A DNA stretch of 32,000 nucleotides, taken from the NCBI RefSeq assembly GCF_000039765.1, contig NC_004459.3, positions 2,751,127-2,783,126 on the forward strand. Direction: 5' to 3'. Both the position numbers and the translations under genes were made by a program. This DNA is from Vibrio vulnificus CMCP6. Its GTDB lineage: Bacteria > Pseudomonadota > Gammaproteobacteria > Enterobacterales > Vibrionaceae. This document shows positions 23,321 through 32,000 of this stretch, one piece after another. The notes beneath the pieces were generated by a model that did not search any database, was not told the DNA's origin, and saw nothing but the letters and a program-made list of their open reading frames with translations. Each line of letters opens with the position of its first letter. Positions within the stretch are counted from its first letter, which is position 1.

Positions 23321-25255
23321 ATGTTTATACGTAAATTACTTTTATGGATCGTTCTGCTGTTTTGTTCCGTACCCGCTTTCGCAGAAAGCAGCAGTTTTCA
23401 TCATTGGTATCAGTTCTATCAACAGAAACTAAAAGCCGATGACGGCGCAGCCTTTGACTTGCTACAAGAGCGTTACTCAGCACTATTGCCGAGCGCCGAG
23501 AAGCTCTACGTCAGCGGGCTACTGTTTGATTACCTTTCAAATAGAGATCAGCCCTACTATGGTGCAAGTCAGCATCGAGATAGCCACTTTGCTCGCCAAG
23601 AAGCTCTCTATGTGGATGCAATGTATTTGCGCAAAGAGGGGCAATACGATTCTGCCGTTGAGAAATTCCGAGCCGTATTGAATCATGCCGCTCAACTCGA
23701 TGAAAAAAACACCAAAGAACTCATTTACTATCAGCTTTGCTACACGCTGAACGAGCAAGGTGAACTCCACAAAGCGAAACACTTCTGTTCAAAGCTGCAA
23801 CAGCAGATAGATAGCAATGACAGTACATTACTGCCGAAATACCTGAGCTATCGTATCATCGCCAACAATTTCAGCTACCGAGGCGAGCCCCATCTTGCGC
23901 TAGCAAACTACCAGAAGATGCTGCGCACCCTACCCGCTAACGCCGATCGTTCAGGCGCTTTTAATGATATTGGCAACCAGTTGCGTGAAGTCAGCCAATT
24001 TCAACAATCAGAAAACTACCTTCTCGATGCTTTGGCAATTAGACGAAATGCAAGTACGCCAACAGAGCTCGCTCAAGTGTTACACAGCCTCGCGCAACTC
24101 TATGCTGATTGGCATAAACACGAGCAAGCGGAGAGTTATTATCAACAAGCACTTGCCCTATTACGTAAAGACCAGCATACCTTCGGTCTCGCGATGACCT
24201 ACTCCGGACTTGGCTCTCTGTATATTGAACAAGGGGAATTCGCTAAAGGGAAGGAACTGCTTAATCAAGCGCTAAATGAAGCCAACTTAGGTCAAAATCA
24301 CCGTTTAAGCGCGGAAATTCATTATCGCTTTAGCCTTGCCTACTTACAGGCAGGGGAACTTCAGGCGTCACTTTCTCATGCCGACCAAGCGTATCAATCT
24401 GCGGTTTCAATGGATTTTCTTTCGCTTCAGGCAAAAGCATCACTACAACTTTCTGAGACTTATAAGGCACTGGCTGATTTTCCCCGAGCCTACGAGTGTT
24501 ACCACCGATATGCCGAGATCGAGTTTCGATTAAGAGACAAAGACACTACCAGTGCACTTGAAGCGTTGGATCTTGCTCAGCAGCAGTTTGAATACCAGTT
24601 GCGCATTGCACAGTTGCAAAGTGACAACGACAAAAAACTGATTGAGCTGCAAAACTACCAACAAAAAAAATCACTTTATAGCTTATTGATCGCGGCAGCG
24701 CTTATCGTTGTTGGGTTATTTTTTCTCACCAGTCAGCAAAAAAGAAAGCAATCTCAGCTCGATATGATGACGGGAGCATTGAATCGTGGCTCAGCGATCA
24801 AAGCAATTAAGCAAGCCAGCTCAGCAAAGCGTCCACACAGCAAAAACGTTTTGATTCTGTTTGATCTCGATAACTTCAAATGGGTCAATGATCAGTTTGG
24901 TCATCCAACGGGAGATAAGCTGTTAATCACTATTTGCAAAACTTTGCTTGGGGAGCTGCAAAGAGGCGATATTCTTGGCAGATTAGGTGGTGAGGAATTT
25001 ATCTTGTTGCTGCGAGAAGTCGAAGATATCGATGTGCAATTTCGCGTTGAAAAGTTACATGACCTGATTAGTGAGTGTCGTGTCGCTTCTCCATCAAATA
25101 CCGCAGTGTCTGCTAGTGCTAGTTTCTCTTTTCTCGCTACTCCTAGAGCGCTTTCAGATTTCGATGAGCTCTATTCTATCTTGGATCAAGCGCTTTATCA
25201 GGCGAAGAAAAACGGCCGTAACACCATCATTGATGCCTACAACGCCGCGATTTAA
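23321..25255 (+). CDS. Membrane-anchored diguanylate cyclase: signal peptide, periplasmic TPR-like domain, one TM, cytoplasmic GGDEF (GGEEF) domain
   Basis: MFIRKLLLWIVLLFCSVPAFA/ESS; ~430 aa of TPR-like helices; TM LYSLLIAAALIVVGLFFLT plus KRK. GGDEF motifs: FDLDNFKWVNDQFGHPTGD, RLGGEEF, AKKNGRN. Confidence 0.88.
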   Translation: MFIRKLLLWIVLLFCSVPAFAESSSFHHWYQFYQQKLKADDGAAFDLLQERYSALLPSAEKLYVSGLLFDYLSNRDQPYYGASQHRDSHFARQEALYVDAMYLRKEGQYDSAVEKFRAVLNHAAQLDEKNTKELIYYQLCYTLNEQGELHKAKHFCSKLQQQIDSNDSTLLPKYLSYRIIANNFSYRGEPHLALANYQKMLRTLPANADRSGAFNDIGNQLREVSQFQQSENYLLDALAIRRNASTPTELAQVLHSLAQLYADWHKHEQAESYYQQALALLRKDQHTFGLAMTYSGLGSLYIEQGEFAKGKELLNQALNEANLGQNHRLSAEIHYRFSLAYLQAGELQASLSHADQAYQSAVSMDFLSLQAKASLQLSETYKALADFPRAYECYHRYAEIEFRLRDKDTTSALEALDLAQQQFEYQLRIAQLQSDNDKKLIELQNYQQKKSLYSLLIAAALIVVGLFFLTSQQKRKQSQLDMMTGALNRGSAIKAIKQASSAKRPHSKNVLILFDLDNFKWVNDQFGHPTGDKLLITICKTLLGELQRGDILGRLGGEEFILLLREVEDIDVQFRVEKLHDLISECRVASPSNTAVSASASFSFLATPRALSDFDELYSILDQALYQAKKNGRNTIIDAYNAAI

Positions 25256-25280
25256 ACCCATATTTGATTGAACAGAAAAT

Positions 25281-25327
25281 GAAAAAGCGATAATTCCTGT
25301 GCGCTAAAGGCGCCAGAGAATTATCGC
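25281..25327 (-). terminator. Long imperfect hairpin between convergent DGC and queC genes; terminator for queC
   Basis: GCGATAATTC (25287-25296) / GAATTATCGC (25318-25327) with an inner CTG(T)GCGC / GCGCCAG extension. The minus-strand transcript gets UUUUUC from 25281-25286. Confidence 0.5.
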
Positions 25328-25364
25328 GACTCAACAGCAATGCCGTCATCTTGTGTTTCGTTTA

Positions 25365-26060
25365 TTAAGATTCGGCGTGCTGCTTTTCAACTAGAGAAGC
25401 CATGATCGCCTCACGGTTGTCTAAATAGTCATTGAGACCCACTTTACGTAAGTGACAAGAAGGACAATCACCACAACCATCACCAATGATGCCGTTGTAA
25501 CACGTTAAGGTTTTTTCTCTGACCAATTGCAAAGCGTTATTTTGATCCGCAAGCGCCCACGTCTCTGTTTTATTGAGCCACATGAGTGGTGTTTGGATCA
25601 CTAATGGCTTATCCATGCCCTTCACAAGCGCACTGTTCATCGCTTTGACAAAGTCATCACGACAATCTGGATAGCCAGAAAAATCGGTTTCACACACTCC
25701 AGTAATGATCGTCTGTGCGCCAATTTGATAAGCGTAAATGCCCGCCAAAGTGAGGAAAAGAATGTTACGACCAGGAACAAACGAGTTGGGTAAACCATTC
25801 TCCTGCAGTTCATGAGATACAGGAATATCGTCGCGAGTCAGTGAACTGATGGCCAACTCATTGAGCAGCGTCACATCCATCACTTTGTGTGCAGCCACAC
25901 CCAGTTCTTTCGCCAGATTTTGCGCCACTTCGATTTCAAGACGGTGACGTTGGCCATAATCAAACGTGATGGCATGCACTTCATCAAATTCATTGAGTGC
26001 TTTGACTAAACAGGTCGTCGAATCCTGACCACCACTAAAAACCACAACGGCTTTGTTCAT
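25365..26060 (-). CDS. queC: 7-cyano-7-deazaguanine (preQ0) synthase QueC
   Basis: Track start is TTG 26066; ATG 26060 is preceded by [25 protein letters not shown]-loop and a C-terminal Zn cluster C..C..C..C ([19 protein letters not shown]). Confidence 0.92.
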   Translation of the reverse strand: MNKAVVVFSGGQDSTTCLVKALNEFDEVHAITFDYGQRHRLEIEVAQNLAKELGVAAHKVMDVTLLNELAISSLTRDDIPVSHELQENGLPNSFVPGRNILFLTLAGIYAYQIGAQTIITGVCETDFSGYPDCRDDFVKAMNSALVKGMDKPLVIQTPLMWLNKTETWALADQNNALQLVREKTLTCYNGIIGDGCGDCPSCHLRKVGLNDYLDNREAIMASLVEKQHAES

Positions 26061-26072
26061 AAACAATCCCTC

Positions 26073-26747
26073 TTACGCGATACTCAGGTACTTATGTGTT
26101 TGAATCGACAAACGCCAATTGCGCTTAATACAGGTGTCGATGCACAACTGAGTGGCTCTCTCTTTTTGACTAATAGGTTGCAGTGCGATCACCGTTGTTG
26201 CAGGCACTTGAGCGCGAAGCAGTAAAGCGTCTAACTGGTCGATGTCTTTCTGGGTACCGACCGGATGTTTGATCTCGTTGGCTCGTTGTAATGCACTGTC
26301 TAAGATCGGCAACTTACCTTTCATCGCGACTTTAGGCGATACCGTCACCCAAGTGTTTTCGCTTGCTTTGACTTCGTAAGTACCACTGGTCTCTATCTGA
26401 CATTGGCAGCCAATGGCTTCAAATGCTTGTGTCAGCTCAGTGAGATCGTACAAACAAGGTTCACCACCAGTAATGACGATGTGCTTGGCGCTGTAACCTT
26501 GACGTTGGTACTGCTCAACAATAGCTGCGGCATCCGCTTGACACCAAGTCGGACTGTCCCCTGTTTTAACGATGATCTCAGCAAAGCTTTGTTCATCTTG
26601 CTCTGCTGCTTCCCACGTTTGCTTGGTATCACACCAAGAGCACCCTACAGGACAAATCTGCAAGCGCACGAAAACCGCTGGAACACCAGTAAACACACCT
26701 TCGCCCTGAATGGTTTCAAACATCTCGTTAACTTTGTACAACGTCAC
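26073..26747 (-). CDS. queE: 7-carboxy-7-deazaguanine synthase QueE (radical SAM)
   Basis: [40 protein letters not shown] is colinear with E. coli QueE [41 protein letters not shown]. The track start 26807 is too long. GTG 26747 (AGGG 5 nt upstream) is my pick; TTG 26741 or ATG 26723 are possible. Confidence 0.88.
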   Translation of the reverse strand: [224 protein letters not shown]

Positions 26748-26915
26748 TACAACCCTAAAAATTTTTCGCAAGGCGCAGACCTTAAATGAGACTCGCCCCG
26801 AGGTCAAATGAATCTCTTCTCAACGAAAAAATTCATTGTTAATTTGGCTCATTTTATAGTTTCATACGCCTCATTATTCTTTTCTCTTTTTCATTTTCAT
26901 TAAGTGTAGGTAAGC

Positions 26916-27725
26916 ATGTACAAGTTGATTGCGCTGGATATGGACGGCACATTACTCAATAGTGACAAACAGATCTCTGAACCCAATAAGGAAGCGATTC
27001 GCCAAGCTCGCGCTGCAGGCGTGACCGTGGTACTTGCTTCAGGCCGCCCGTTAGAGGGGATGCAAAGCAAACTGGAAGAATTACAGATCGATTCAGACAA
27101 AGACTTTGTTCTTTTTTACAACGGTTCGATGGTTAAGAACGTGGCAACGGGTGAGATCATCCATGAGCAGATCATCGATGGCAAAGCGGCGAAAAAAATC
27201 GCTCGTTTGGCTGATAAACTGGGGGTATTTGTACACGCGTTCAGCAAAGAATTTGGCCTGATTACTCCGCAAAACAATCCTTACACCGATATTGAAGCCA
27301 ACATCAATGGTCTCAGTATTACCGAAATGAATTTTGATGCCTTAGCGGATGACCACCCAATCATCAAAACCATGATTGTGGCGGAGCCCTCAGAGCTCAC
27401 CAAAGCCATCGCCGCCCTACCCGCCACATTGCATGATGAGTTCACCATTGTTCAAAGCGCACCATTCTTCCTCGAGTTTTTAAACCCAGCCAGTAATAAA
27501 GGAATTGGCGTGGCTGCGATTGCGGAATATCTCGGCATTCGCGCGGAAGAAGTGATTTGTATGGGGGACGCAGAAAACGATCACCACATGTTGAAATACG
27601 CAGGGCTTGGCATTGCTATGGCTAACGCGATGGAAGAGACCAAGCAAATCGCAGATTACATCACTGACAGTAATAATGACCATGGCGTCGCAACGGCGAT
27701 TGAGAAGTTTGTCCTGCAAGCCTGA
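26916..27725 (+). CDS. Cof-type HAD-IIB sugar-phosphate phosphatase (YidA-like)
   Basis: MYKLIALDMDGTLL (DxDGT motif I), GRP (motif II), GDAENDHHMLKYAGLGIAMANA (motifs III/IV). Colinear with E. coli YidA over its full length. Confidence 0.88.
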   Translation: MYKLIALDMDGTLLNSDKQISEPNKEAIRQARAAGVTVVLASGRPLEGMQSKLEELQIDSDKDFVLFYNGSMVKNVATGEIIHEQIIDGKAAKKIARLADKLGVFVHAFSKEFGLITPQNNPYTDIEANINGLSITEMNFDALADDHPIIKTMIVAEPSELTKAIAALPATLHDEFTIVQSAPFFLEFLNPASNKGIGVAAIAEYLGIRAEEVICMGDAENDHHMLKYAGLGIAMANAMEETKQIADYITDSNNDHGVATAIEKFVLQA

Positions 27726-27879
27726 TGAGTGCTAGAGAGGGATTGTCTCCCTCTCTACTACCTTCAAACTGGGAGCAGGTTAATACTTTATCCTTTTTTA
27801 CTTAATTTTTACCGTACAATTAGCCGGTAAAGTGATAGCATTAGTGTGATTACTTTAATCTCAACAAAGTGAGCACTAA

Positions 27880-29517
27880 ATGTTTGTTAATCTTTCAATA
27901 AAACAAAAAATTATCTTCCCTGTTTTTCTTATTATTTCTCTATTCGCCATTAGCTCTGTGTTGAATATTCTCGCTTCTCAAAAGCAAACCGAGCTTACTC
28001 ATACCCTTCGTGATGACATCATGCCAACGCTCTTCACCATTGAAGATGCGTATCGTGATATGTATCAGGCGACGTCCGCGATCCAAGGTTTGGTTCTTTC
28101 TGATACCAAACAAGAAATTGAACGCGAGCAGTTTGAATACAAAGACAACGCACACAAAGCTATTCCTCGTATGAAAGCGGCGCAAAAGTTAATCGATTCA
28201 GGACTTTTGCCTTCCAGCGCGCAACGTGAGCTCGACGTGTTAGTCACACTGGCCAATAGCTGGCTAAAGGATTACGAAACGTTACTCAGCCTACCTGAGG
28301 ATCAGTGGTTTACGTATTACGATGAAAACAAGGGCACATTCGATAAGAAGTTTTCAGCGACTCGTAAACAACTCAATGTCGTGAAAGAGCTGATTGAAGC
28401 ATCACAACAAGAGTTACAAAAGCAAGTTAATGATGCCTCCGCACAAGCTGAACGCACTTTGGAACTAGGCACTCTATTTGTTATTGCCCTTGCGACTGCG
28501 ATGTGTTGGTTCCTTATTAAAGCCATCGTGACGCCAATTGAACATATTCGTACCGCCATGGATGAAATTGCCTCTGGTGATGGCGATTTGCGTCAACGCA
28601 TCGAAATGGATAGCAATGATGAAATCGGCCAACTTGCTGGCGCGTTTAACGTGTTTGTCAGCAAAATCCAAGCAACCATTGAGCAGGTGGTGAATACGAC
28701 CAATAATGTCCGTAGTGAAATGAACCAGCTAACGGAAATCACTCGCTCTGTTGCAGATTCAACCTATCGCCAACAACAAGAAAGCGAAGTGGTGGCCGCT
28801 GCCGTGCATGAAATGCAAGCAACCAGTCAAAGCGTGAGTGACAACGCAACGGATGCCGCAACAGAAAGCCACAACGCTGATCAAGAAGTGCAAAACACCA
28901 GTCAAATTGTTGATAGCACTGTGGACGCGATCCGCCGCCTTGCTGACGATATCAACAACGCAAGTCATGTGATCCACACACTTGACGATGATGTGAGTAA
29001 CATCGCTTCTATTTTGGACGTGATTCGTGGCATCGCAGAACAAACCAACCTTCTGGCGCTAAACGCAGCCATCGAAGCGGCGCGTGCTGGTGAGCAAGGC
29101 CGTGGATTTGCCGTTGTCGCAGATGAAGTACGTTCACTCGCGAGCCGCACTCAGCAAAGTACAGGTGAAATCCAAACCATGATTGAACGCTTACAAGGCG
29201 GCGCGCGCCAAGCGGTATCGGTAATGGAATCAAGCAAACGCAGCAGTGACTCCACTATTGAGTCAGCGCAATCTGCAACTCATTCTCTGCAAGAGATTTT
29301 GCGCGCGATTGCCAATATGAGTGAGATGAACACACAAATCGCCACCGCAGCGAATCAACAAAGCAGCGTAAGTGAAGAAGTCAACGCCAACGTTCAACGC
29401 ATCGCAGACAACAGCAGCGCGATTGTGAGTGTGGTTCAAAATGCCGAGACCGCCATTCAACGTCTATCACAGCAATGTGGTCAGTTGGATAGCCTTGTGT
29501 CGCAGTTCAAATGCTAA
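27880..29517 (+). CDS. Methyl-accepting chemotaxis protein (helical-bundle periplasmic domain, HAMP, MA domain)
   Basis: TM1 [21 protein letters not shown], a ~170-aa helical periplasmic region, TM2, HAMP ([24 protein letters not shown]), and [40 protein letters not shown]. Confidence 0.9.
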   Translation: MFVNLSIKQKIIFPVFLIISLFAISSVLNILASQKQTELTHTLRDDIMPTLFTIEDAYRDMYQATSAIQGLVLSDTKQEIEREQFEYKDNAHKAIPRMKAAQKLIDSGLLPSSAQRELDVLVTLANSWLKDYETLLSLPEDQWFTYYDENKGTFDKKFSATRKQLNVVKELIEASQQELQKQVNDASAQAERTLELGTLFVIALATAMCWFLIKAIVTPIEHIRTAMDEIASGDGDLRQRIEMDSNDEIGQLAGAFNVFVSKIQATIEQVVNTTNNVRSEMNQLTEITRSVADSTYRQQQESEVVAAAVHEMQATSQSVSDNATDAATESHNADQEVQNTSQIVDSTVDAIRRLADDINNASHVIHTLDDDVSNIASILDVIRGIAEQTNLLALNAAIEAARAGEQGRGFAVVADEVRSLASRTQQSTGEIQTMIERLQGGARQAVSVMESSKRSSDSTIESAQSATHSLQEILRAIANMSEMNTQIATAANQQSSVSEEVNANVQRIADNSSAIVSVVQNAETAIQRLSQQCGQLDSLVSQFKC

Positions 29518-29530
29518 TTTGCCAAGAGTA

Positions 29531-29567
29531 AAAAAAACGCCTCGGACAAAAAACCGAGGCGTTTTTA
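29531..29567. terminator. Bidirectional Rho-independent terminator between convergent genes
   Basis: ACGCCTCGG (29537-29545) / CCGAGGCGT (29554-29562), flanked by A7 upstream and T5 downstream. Confidence 0.85.
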
Positions 29568-29576
29568 TTTCTTCAC

Positions 29577-31016
29577 TTAATTCTGTTGATTGAAACGCTT
29601 TGCTAAAACTGCAAACAATAAGGCGATGAGTGGATAACGAAGAGTCTCGACAATGAAAGAATAGAGACCACTGTAAGCGATAACACCTTGAGCCAAAGTG
29701 ATGATCAAGTTGAAGGAAAGCAACGCCACAACAATGATCAACGTATGACCTTGAGAGAGTGATACCTGCGTGGTTTTGAAGAACACCACCAACAGTGAAA
29801 TCACAATTAATGTGGCTAACCAAGCGGAAAACACCGGTAATGGCCACATAGCGGTTAACACCGCAGCCAACACGGCCATCGCAATCCAAACGCTTTTTGC
29901 GCCAAGCAACTGAGCGACGTTCACATTCGGTTTGCTATCCAAACGAATGATGTGCCACGCCACTAAGCCACCGAGCAAACCACCAATCATCATATCGGCG
30001 ATAAACGCGGCGCCAGAGTAGAATTTGCCAAACATCATCACGCTGATCACTAACGAAGTCAATCTTAGTGCTCGTCCACTTCGCAACCAGCCTAGTCGGC
30101 GTAAAATCAAAGCAGATAAACACGCCCAAACCGCAATAGGTAAGCTCGGAAAACCGAAACCATAACTTTGCGTCATCTCAAGCACTGGCCAATAGACATG
30201 TGGCCTAGGAAGAGCAAACCCTTGTTGAGCAACCAAGCAAAGCAGTGACGTAGCAACAACGGCAAAAAACAATTGATAGGTAAAATCTCGGCCAAAACGC
30301 CACATAGCTAATGGCATTACCACTAAAAGTATTTCAGGCGAAGTCAGATAAATCGCGAAGTAGCTGAGCAACAAACCCAATGCGCTCAGCACTGGAGACG
30401 ATGCAACAAACGCTTGTAGTTGCATTAACCAACCCAGCTCCACTTGATGATAACTTGGCGCCGATTCAACCAAATCATTGACGTAGGCCACCGCTTGATC
30501 CGTCGCTTGCCCAAACATCTGTTGCACCATTGGCCATTGTTGCGGATAACGGTATTGACTCGCTTCAAGCGCCAAAGGAGACAGTAGCATTGCAGAGGCA
30601 ATTTCGACGCCGTAGTGTGGGGCGAACCAAACCGGAAGCTCATTACCATCTAAACTATTGTTGAAGTTGAACGCCACTACCGATGAATCAGAAATACAGT
30701 CATAGAATACCGCCTGTTCATTGTAGCCAAGCACTTTACCTACGGTAACCACCAGCCCGGTTTCTTCCCAAGTTTCTCTTTGCGCGGTAAGCGCAGGGTC
30801 CTCACCCGCAATGATCGTTCCTCCAGGAAGAGAAATTTGATGAGTTAAGATCTCATTGACTAAAACCAACTTGTCATCTGCACGGACGATACACAGCGCC
30901 CCTTTCAATCCCTCAGGTAATGAGGTTGAAGAGGTCGCAAAAGAGAAAGTGGAATACACCAATGAAATAATGAGACTGAATACAACGAAAAATGACCGCT
31001 TATACACGCCAGACAA
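29577..31016 (-). CDS. Fusion protein: N-terminal signal/anchor, Nudix hydrolase domain, and a ~10-TM domain with a catalytically degenerate PAP2-like tripartite motif
   Basis: Nudix box GTIIAGEDPALTAQRETWEETGL (nt 30753-30821) fits Gx5Ex7REUxEExGU exactly. PAP2-spaced motifs are Qx6RP, 17 aa, PSLP, 36 aa, GKx5Ax3D. No ATG start exists; candidates are TTG 31016 or GTG 31007. Confidence 0.75.
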   Translation of the reverse strand: MSGVYKRSFFVVFSLIISLVYSTFSFATSSTSLPEGLKGALCIVRADDKLVLVNEILTHQISLPGGTIIAGEDPALTAQRETWEETGLVVTVGKVLGYNEQAVFYDCISDSSVVAFNFNNSLDGNELPVWFAPHYGVEIASAMLLSPLALEASQYRYPQQWPMVQQMFGQATDQAVAYVNDLVESAPSYHQVELGWLMQLQAFVASSPVLSALGLLLSYFAIYLTSPEILLVVMPLAMWRFGRDFTYQLFFAVVATSLLCLVAQQGFALPRPHVYWPVLEMTQSYGFGFPSLPIAVWACLSALILRRLGWLRSGRALRLTSLVISVMMFGKFYSGAAFIADMMIGGLLGGLVAWHIIRLDSKPNVNVAQLLGAKSVWIAMAVLAAVLTAMWPLPVFSAWLATLIVISLLVVFFKTTQVSLSQGHTLIIVVALLSFNLIITLAQGVIAYSGLYSFIVETLRYPLIALLFAVLAKRFNQQN

Positions 31017-31256
31017 CCTTTACTTTACCTATTGTTTTATTTGTATCTTTTGAGAACGAAGCCATCGATTCGTACACCGAGATCTCTTTACTCAAAAGAG
31101 TTGGCGCAATAATGACAGGAAACTCGATATTTTTCGACCTAAATTAACTTCAATCTGCGAGATGAAAGCCGTATTGAACGTCGTATCTATCGTCCCAAAC
31201 CATAGCCACGTCTCTCGGTTGACACCCTACTTCACTCCTTTGTGTCTTTAGCCGTT

Positions 31257-31288
31257 AAAAAGAAACAAGCCTCGCAAACGAGGCTTGT
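31257..31288 (-). terminator. Rho-independent terminator of the chitin-binding protein gene
   Basis: ACAAGCCTCG (31265-31274) / CGAGGCTTGT (31279-31288). AAAAAGAAA at 31257-31264 gives a U-rich tail on the minus transcript. Confidence 0.85.
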
Positions 31289-31295
31289 GGGTAAG

Positions 31296-32000
31296 TTAAA
31301 GTTTTGTCCAAGCTTGTTGCCAATTAGTGCCCACGCCTGGCTCATAGGCACTCGGGGTTGAACCACACCATAAGTTATAAGGCCATGACTTACACTGGTA
31401 TGTCGAACCTACATTAGTCACGACGTCACCCGCACTGTAGTTTGTCCCCGCCACATAAGCATTGGCATCGGTTGGCGGTGTTGGCTCTGGTGTTGTTGGC
31501 GGTTCGGGCGTCGTTGGGGGCTCTGTTGGTGTGGTGCCAGAGCCCGAACAATCTGAGCTACCGACAACTTGCCATACTCCCCACGGGCCAGAGTCAGACG
31601 GGTTATCCCCTTGAGTCCACCAGCCGGCTTTCCAAGATTGACCAGCCCAGCTCACCACGTCACCCGTGTTGTAGACTTTGCTTGCCTGCCATTCGTTAGC
31701 GCACGTGCCATCTGGTGGTGTGGTGGTATCTTTCGCGCTTGCCGAGACTTCCGCGCGATAGATCGTTGAGGTTTTGTCGATTTCAAATGATAACGCCGCT
31801 TTGGCCGTACCCGCGGAGCTTGCCCCGAACTCAATAGAGACACGACAGGTTTGACCATTAGAAAGCGTCGATAATGTACAGAGATCACTACTGATCACTG
31901 GCTTGGTGGCAACGCCAGATCCGGTCACACTCAAGCGGCCAACCGTAAAGCTGCCTGTGCCTGTGTTTTTGATCGTGAAAGTGTGATTTTTCAACTCACC
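31296..32000 (-). CDS. 3' part of a secreted carbohydrate (chitin)-binding protein: beta-sandwich domain, CBM5/12-type module, Pro/Thr linker, second CBM5/12-type module; N-terminus lies beyond the window
   Basis: The frame stays open to nt 32000, so the track's M at 31994 is a TTG and not a real start. WQASKVYNTGDVVSWAGQSWKAGWWTQGDNP and YVAGTNYSAGDVVTNVGSTYQCKSWPYNLWC...WQQAW are aromatic CBM5/12 patterns. Linker TPTEPPTTPEPPTTPEPTPP. Confidence 0.7.
   Translation of the reverse strand, partial: GELKNHTFTIKNTGTGSFTVGRLSVTGSGVATKPVISSDLCTLSTLSNGQTCRVSIEFGASSAGTAKAALSFEIDKTSTIYRAEVSASAKDTTTPPDGTCANEWQASKVYNTGDVVSWAGQSWKAGWWTQGDNPSDSGPWGVWQVVGSSDCSGSGTTPTEPPTTPEPPTTPEPTPPTDANAYVAGTNYSAGDVVTNVGSTYQCKSWPYNLWCGSTPSAYEPGVGTNWQQAWTKL

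Noticed and set aside
11099-25330. Treating the whole adhesin-to-DGC segment as a defined genomic island or mobile element.
   Set aside because: There is no integrase, transposase, tRNA, or flanking direct repeat other than the rlmI fragment at one side. The right-hand boundary cannot be located from this window, so only the left scar is reported.
27790-27830. TTACCG-N10-CGGTAA inverted repeat upstream of the second MCP as an operator.
   Set aside because: It is a 6-bp arm palindrome in an AT-rich promoter region. That is within chance expectation, and there is no supporting context.

Overview
No searches were run; all family calls come from motif recognition and hand alignment. The window reads like a Vibrio-type gammaproteobacterial chromosome. 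Left third (1-11.1 kb) is housekeeping. It holds a Tat-signal gene start at the left edge, a CysG-like siroheme module, and an AapJQMP-type amino-acid ABC transporter. It also holds the conserved yccA-tusE-acyP-rlmI block, here interrupted by an orphan ParB/Srx-fold gene and a chemoreceptor. The centre (11.1-25.3 kb) is an accessory surface module. It begins with a diverged second copy of the rlmI 3' end. Next comes a convergent 8.8-kb LapA/FrhA-class RTX adhesin built from three classes of tandem Ig-like repeats. A divergent TolC-like type I secretion outer-membrane gene follows, translationally coupled to an OmpA/TSP3 gene. A DUF2750-like gene and a periplasmic-TPR diguanylate cyclase complete the module. 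Right third holds queE-queC, a YidA/Cof-like HAD phosphatase, a second chemoreceptor, a Nudix/PAP2-like membrane fusion, and the 3' part of a secreted chitin-binding protein. I find no rRNA, tRNA, CRISPR, transposase, integrase or recognisable defence operon. I do not see a clear new multi-gene system. The observations most worth follow-up are these. (1) Four base-perfect 309-bp cassettes of ~60% GC sit inside a ~42% GC adhesin gene. (2) The rlmI 3'-end scar lies at the adhesin locus border. (3) An exported-looking Nudix domain is fused to a PAP2 scaffold whose catalytic histidines are replaced. (4) The adhesin's linked OmpA-TSP3 and DGC genes occur without LapD/LapG or ABC/MFP genes in view.
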